Of a stretch of 64,000 bases of DNA, positions 55,582 through 64,000 are shown piece by piece. Position 1 is the first letter of the stretch. Each line of letters begins with the position of its first letter. The notes beneath the pieces were generated by a model. That model did not search any database. It saw nothing but the letters and a program-made list of their open reading frames with translations, and had not been told where the DNA came from. Source of the DNA: Chrysomallon squamiferum (lineage: Eukaryota; Animalia; Mollusca); assembly GCA_012295275.1 (NCBI GenBank), contig CM022668.1, positions 4,526,001 to 4,590,000 of the forward strand. Direction: 5' to 3'. The position numbers were made by a program, and so were the translations under genes.

Positions 55582-55695
55582 CTGAAATCTTTCTCGATTT
55601 CTTCTGAGTTGGTTCTAACATGTCTGACTGTAGAACAGTCACACAATGCAGACTGGGGATGGGAATGTGACACATCGGCTGAAAACTAGTCACAA
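55582..55695 (+). pseudogene. Degenerate family-A exon 1 (copy 3)
   Basis: Reads CTG AAA TCT TTC ... TGG GGA TGG GAA TGT ... AAC TAG, i.e. LKSFSISSELVLTCLTVEQSHNADWGWECDTSAEN*, versus MKSSLIICVLVVTCLTIAQSHLEHWGWGH in A2. Confidence 0.7.
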
Positions 55696-56478
55696 GTAAC
55701 TTATTTATTTTGTGTTTATTTATACAGACTTTCTTATTGTTGGCGTGAGAACTTTCTAACTACTGGTACTACAGCAATACAAATAACAACAATAACTGCT
55801 GCTGCTGCTACTACTACTACGACTAACATTAATACGCTATTATGTTCTGCATACAGTGATACTATCAATGGCGTCAGATATCACTTACTTGTTCTACTAC
55901 TACCACCAGTACGACTACAACAACTGTATCATTACTATTAATTTTCTATTGAGACTACTTTTATTATTATTAATACTAGTATTACTATTACTACTATTAC
56001 TGTTATTATGCTATACGACTAGTAATATTATTAATACTGGTATACGTACAACGAATACTACTACTAGGGCTACGTCTACTGCTGCAGCTGCTGCTACTAT
56101 TATTACTACTAACAACACAACTTTCATCATGATCTCTACTGTTGTTATTATTTTCTACTACCACTGCTAGTGTTGTTAGTTCTACTACTTATGCTGACAG
56201 TGTAAGTTAACTGACGCGAAATTACCCCAGTTACTGTTCTTTAAAGATGTACAAACTGAACGCGAATGTCTAATTAACTGAGTAGAAGACTAAGCGTAAT
56301 ACGACTATCTCGCCAAAAGTATAACAACAAATAAGTACAAATAATCGTTTGATGAATTTGATATTGCTTCTTTTATTTTTATTTTTTATTTTTTATTTTT
56401 TTAAATTTAAATTATTTTTTAAATTTATTTTTTTTTTATGTTTATGATTATTATTATTATTATTACTACTACTACTAT

Positions 56479-56513
<35 letters not shown>

Positions 56514-57148
56514 GAACTACTACCACCACTACTACTACTACTATTATGATTATTATTATTATTATTATTATTATTGTAATTTTTTTTTTTATTCTATTTT
56601 TACGGTACAGTTAAATTAGTGACAAAACTACCAGTTTTAACCTAAAATGTATTTACTTCAACATTTGTTTGCAAAGACGGACACACAATCTTGTAATTAC
56701 TAAAATGTTTACGACAGTTATTTCCATACTGCACTGAAATATATCGCGTTATTTGCAATATAACAACCAAAATTAAATTTACAAACAAATTACTTAGAGA
56801 GGATAGGGACAAAATGAAACAACCTTTTCAAATATCACACATGGCTTAGAACACAATTTGAACAAATTGCTAATATTTGTTGTACTTGTTAAATTATTTC
56901 CTAGTTTCTGTATCTGTATCAATATGCAGATGTATGATCGTGAGCACATGGAATACTCGTGGTTAGGCCCTAAACTATAGAAATCATTTTAGAGTTTTAT
57001 TTTCAAGCCTAGGCTGGTTTGGGTTCTGAGTTCATGAATAAAGAGCCCAGGCTGGGAATTGTCAAACAGACGTCTGCAATCCAGAAGGATGGATTCACAG
57101 CAAACCACCCAGTTATTGTTTTTTTTTCTTCAAATTGTTTGTTGCAAG

Positions 57149-57256
57149 CGTACGGAGATTGTTCAGACTCGTGCACAGGTTGCGAAGGTTCACTGCAGTA
57201 TCACTGCTTAGGTTGTACTTGACACAGACCAGGACAAACTGCAACAAGTGTATTAC
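57149..57256 (+). pseudogene. Orphan Cys-rich exon-like segment with furin-like (FU) repeat spacing
   Basis: AG-bounded YGDCSDSCTGCEGSLQYHCLGCT* (C-x3-C-x2-C-x7-C-x2-C). Further copies lie on the minus strand at about 13160-13267 and 38671-38778. Confidence 0.4.
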
Positions 57257-59024
57257 GTAAAATTTGAGTCAATTTCGTCATATCTGGTATATGTGACGTC
57301 ACACAAGAATTAGGAAATAACATTTCAGTTCCTTAGTGTCACTTTATTATCTGCCAATAACACATTTTCAGGGTCTTGTATGAAACGTTTAGGACGCAAT
57401 CGTCATCAGAAGGCCAGGTGGCAGCCATTTTGAATGTATGCAAATTGATCCGTTTCCGATGGCTAGATTTTGTACGAAATTGGTGCCTATATTCAGAGTG
57501 ACCCCATATGAAGATTCAACAAAATATATATATTTGTGTTTGTTGTTGTTTTCTTTAAATGAATGTCAATTTGTTCTACAATGTTCATAACTCTACTGGA
57601 CTATAATCACTTTGATGACGTATTTTTCTCTCAATGTCATATCAGTGACGTCACAATATTTGTCACGTGACAGTCGTCATAGGTTACATCAATAATATCT
57701 ATCCCAAATTCATTGTCACCATAAAGAATACCACCGTAATCATCAACATCAATACCAGCAAAAATGATAAGAACAACAGTCACAACTACTACTACAACCA
57801 CAACGTCAAGAAAGCAAGAAAGAAGTAATATAAATAATAGTTGTTGTAATATTAATACATACACATAATGATGATGAAAATGAAGACGATGATAATAAAT
57901 GATAATGTCAATATTACTAACTGTCACCCGCTATAAATGTCAACAAATTAAGACGCAGAAAACGTAACATCTGAAAACAGATTGCTGTTGCTCTAGCAGC
58001 ATGGAACTTAGATACACATCGTATTGTTTTAAACAAACATCTAAGCCCACACGCAATGGCGCATGGTCTCCCGGTGAGAACTGATGTATAACTGTAAGTT
58101 ATCACAAGTCAATCAGGTACACTCTACATGACGTGTCTCTTGTCTGTGAACTAAAATGCAAACACGCAGAATACGTAACATCTGTCAAGTAAAGTTAATT
58201 GTGTGCTAGCAGCATGAGTCTCAGATCAGTGGATAAATATTTTATTAATGGTTAAAAACTAACGCTTGCACACACGCGCACGCATGTGCGTATGCCCAGA
58301 TGCACTCACCTACCTGTAGATATTTTTATTTTTATTTTTTATTTAATTTGTTTTTTTTTGGTGTTACTATGACACAAAATAAAACAAGACAAAAGGAAAA
58401 CAAAAAAAACAGAAAAGAGAGGAGAGGTATGTGAGAGAGAGAGAAAAGAGAGAGATAGAATTACAGAGATATAAAACAACAATAAAACAATACATAAAGA
58501 ACCAAACAATTAAAAAAAAGTTATAAAACGAAAATAAATGTTAAAAATCTATTTAATAAATAAATAAATAAATAAATAGAATAAACAGCCCATCCCTTCA
58601 ATCCCAAAACAAAACAAAGAAACGTAACTCTGTATTTATTTTTTTATTTTTTAAGTTCTTTTTTTCATATTGTTGTTGCTGTTGTTTTTTTGTTGTTTTT
58701 TTTTTTTTTTTGTTGTTTGGTTTGTTTTTTGTTGTTGTTTATCTTTTTTTTTAAATTTCCTTTTTTCTTTCTTCTTTTTTTAAATTATTTACTATTTTTA
58801 ATATATCTTTTTTATTTCTTTGTTTATTTTTTATTTATTTATTTGTTTATTTATTTATTTATTTTATCTATTTGTTTTGTTGTTGTTGTTTTTTGTTGTT
58901 GTTTGTTTTTTGTTTTGTTTGTTTGTTAAGTTCGTAAAGGTAATCAAGACAAAAAACAAATGTCTGCGTGTAACACGTGTTGGGCTAAACTACAAGGCCG
59001 ATAAATAATCACGTGACCCTTGTT

Positions 59025-59090
59025 ACATCACGTTCGCACATCTCAGTAATATTTATAAGCCACACTCAGAGATCTTCATTCTGTAGTCAA
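59025..59090 (+). promoter_or_regulatory. Putative B-family core promoter (E-box, TATA-like element, Inr-like element)
   Basis: TCACGTGA at ~59029, TATTTATAAG at 59050-59059 and TCATTC about 25 nt further, roughly 70 nt before the ATG. The same arrangement is on the minus strand at 11305-11381 and 36810-36885. Confidence 0.5.
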
Positions 59091-59123
59091 TTCAACAGAA
59101 GAATTGAAAAGAAGACAACAACC

Positions 59124-64000
<4,877 letters not shown>

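Noticed and set aside
57220-57222. TGA in the FU-like segment as selenocysteine
   Set aside because: No SECIS element could be identified; a stop codon or decay is the simpler explanation.

Overview
AT-rich, microsatellite-laden eukaryotic DNA from an invertebrate animal (mollusc- or crustacean-like; the species cannot be determined here), with a 200-N scaffold gap at 51102-51301. Almost every ORF in the supplied track is simple-repeat noise. The real content appears only after manual splicing: a tandem and inverted cluster of a multi-exon family of small secreted proteins. There are six complete-looking genes (A1, A2, A4, A6, B1, B2), one gene running off the window end (B3), two 5'-truncated copies (A3, A5) and three degenerate exon-1 relics. 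All share one layout. Exon 1 encodes a signal peptide and a His/Trp-rich tag ending in Cys. A 65-nt exon 2 encodes a three-heptad coiled coil ending in Cys. A variable number of frame-preserving phase-1 micro-exons (3, 9, 12 or 15 nt) then build a Pro/Thr-rich linker. A 111-119-nt exon encodes a hypervariable six-Cys beta-defensin/clip-like domain (C-x9-C-x5-C-x9/12-C-x6-CC), followed by a tiny last exon. Micro-exon number varies through nested tandem duplications bounded by (GA)n tracts. Gene models were built by eye from GT-AG sites, phase consistency and paralog comparison; no transcript evidence was available.
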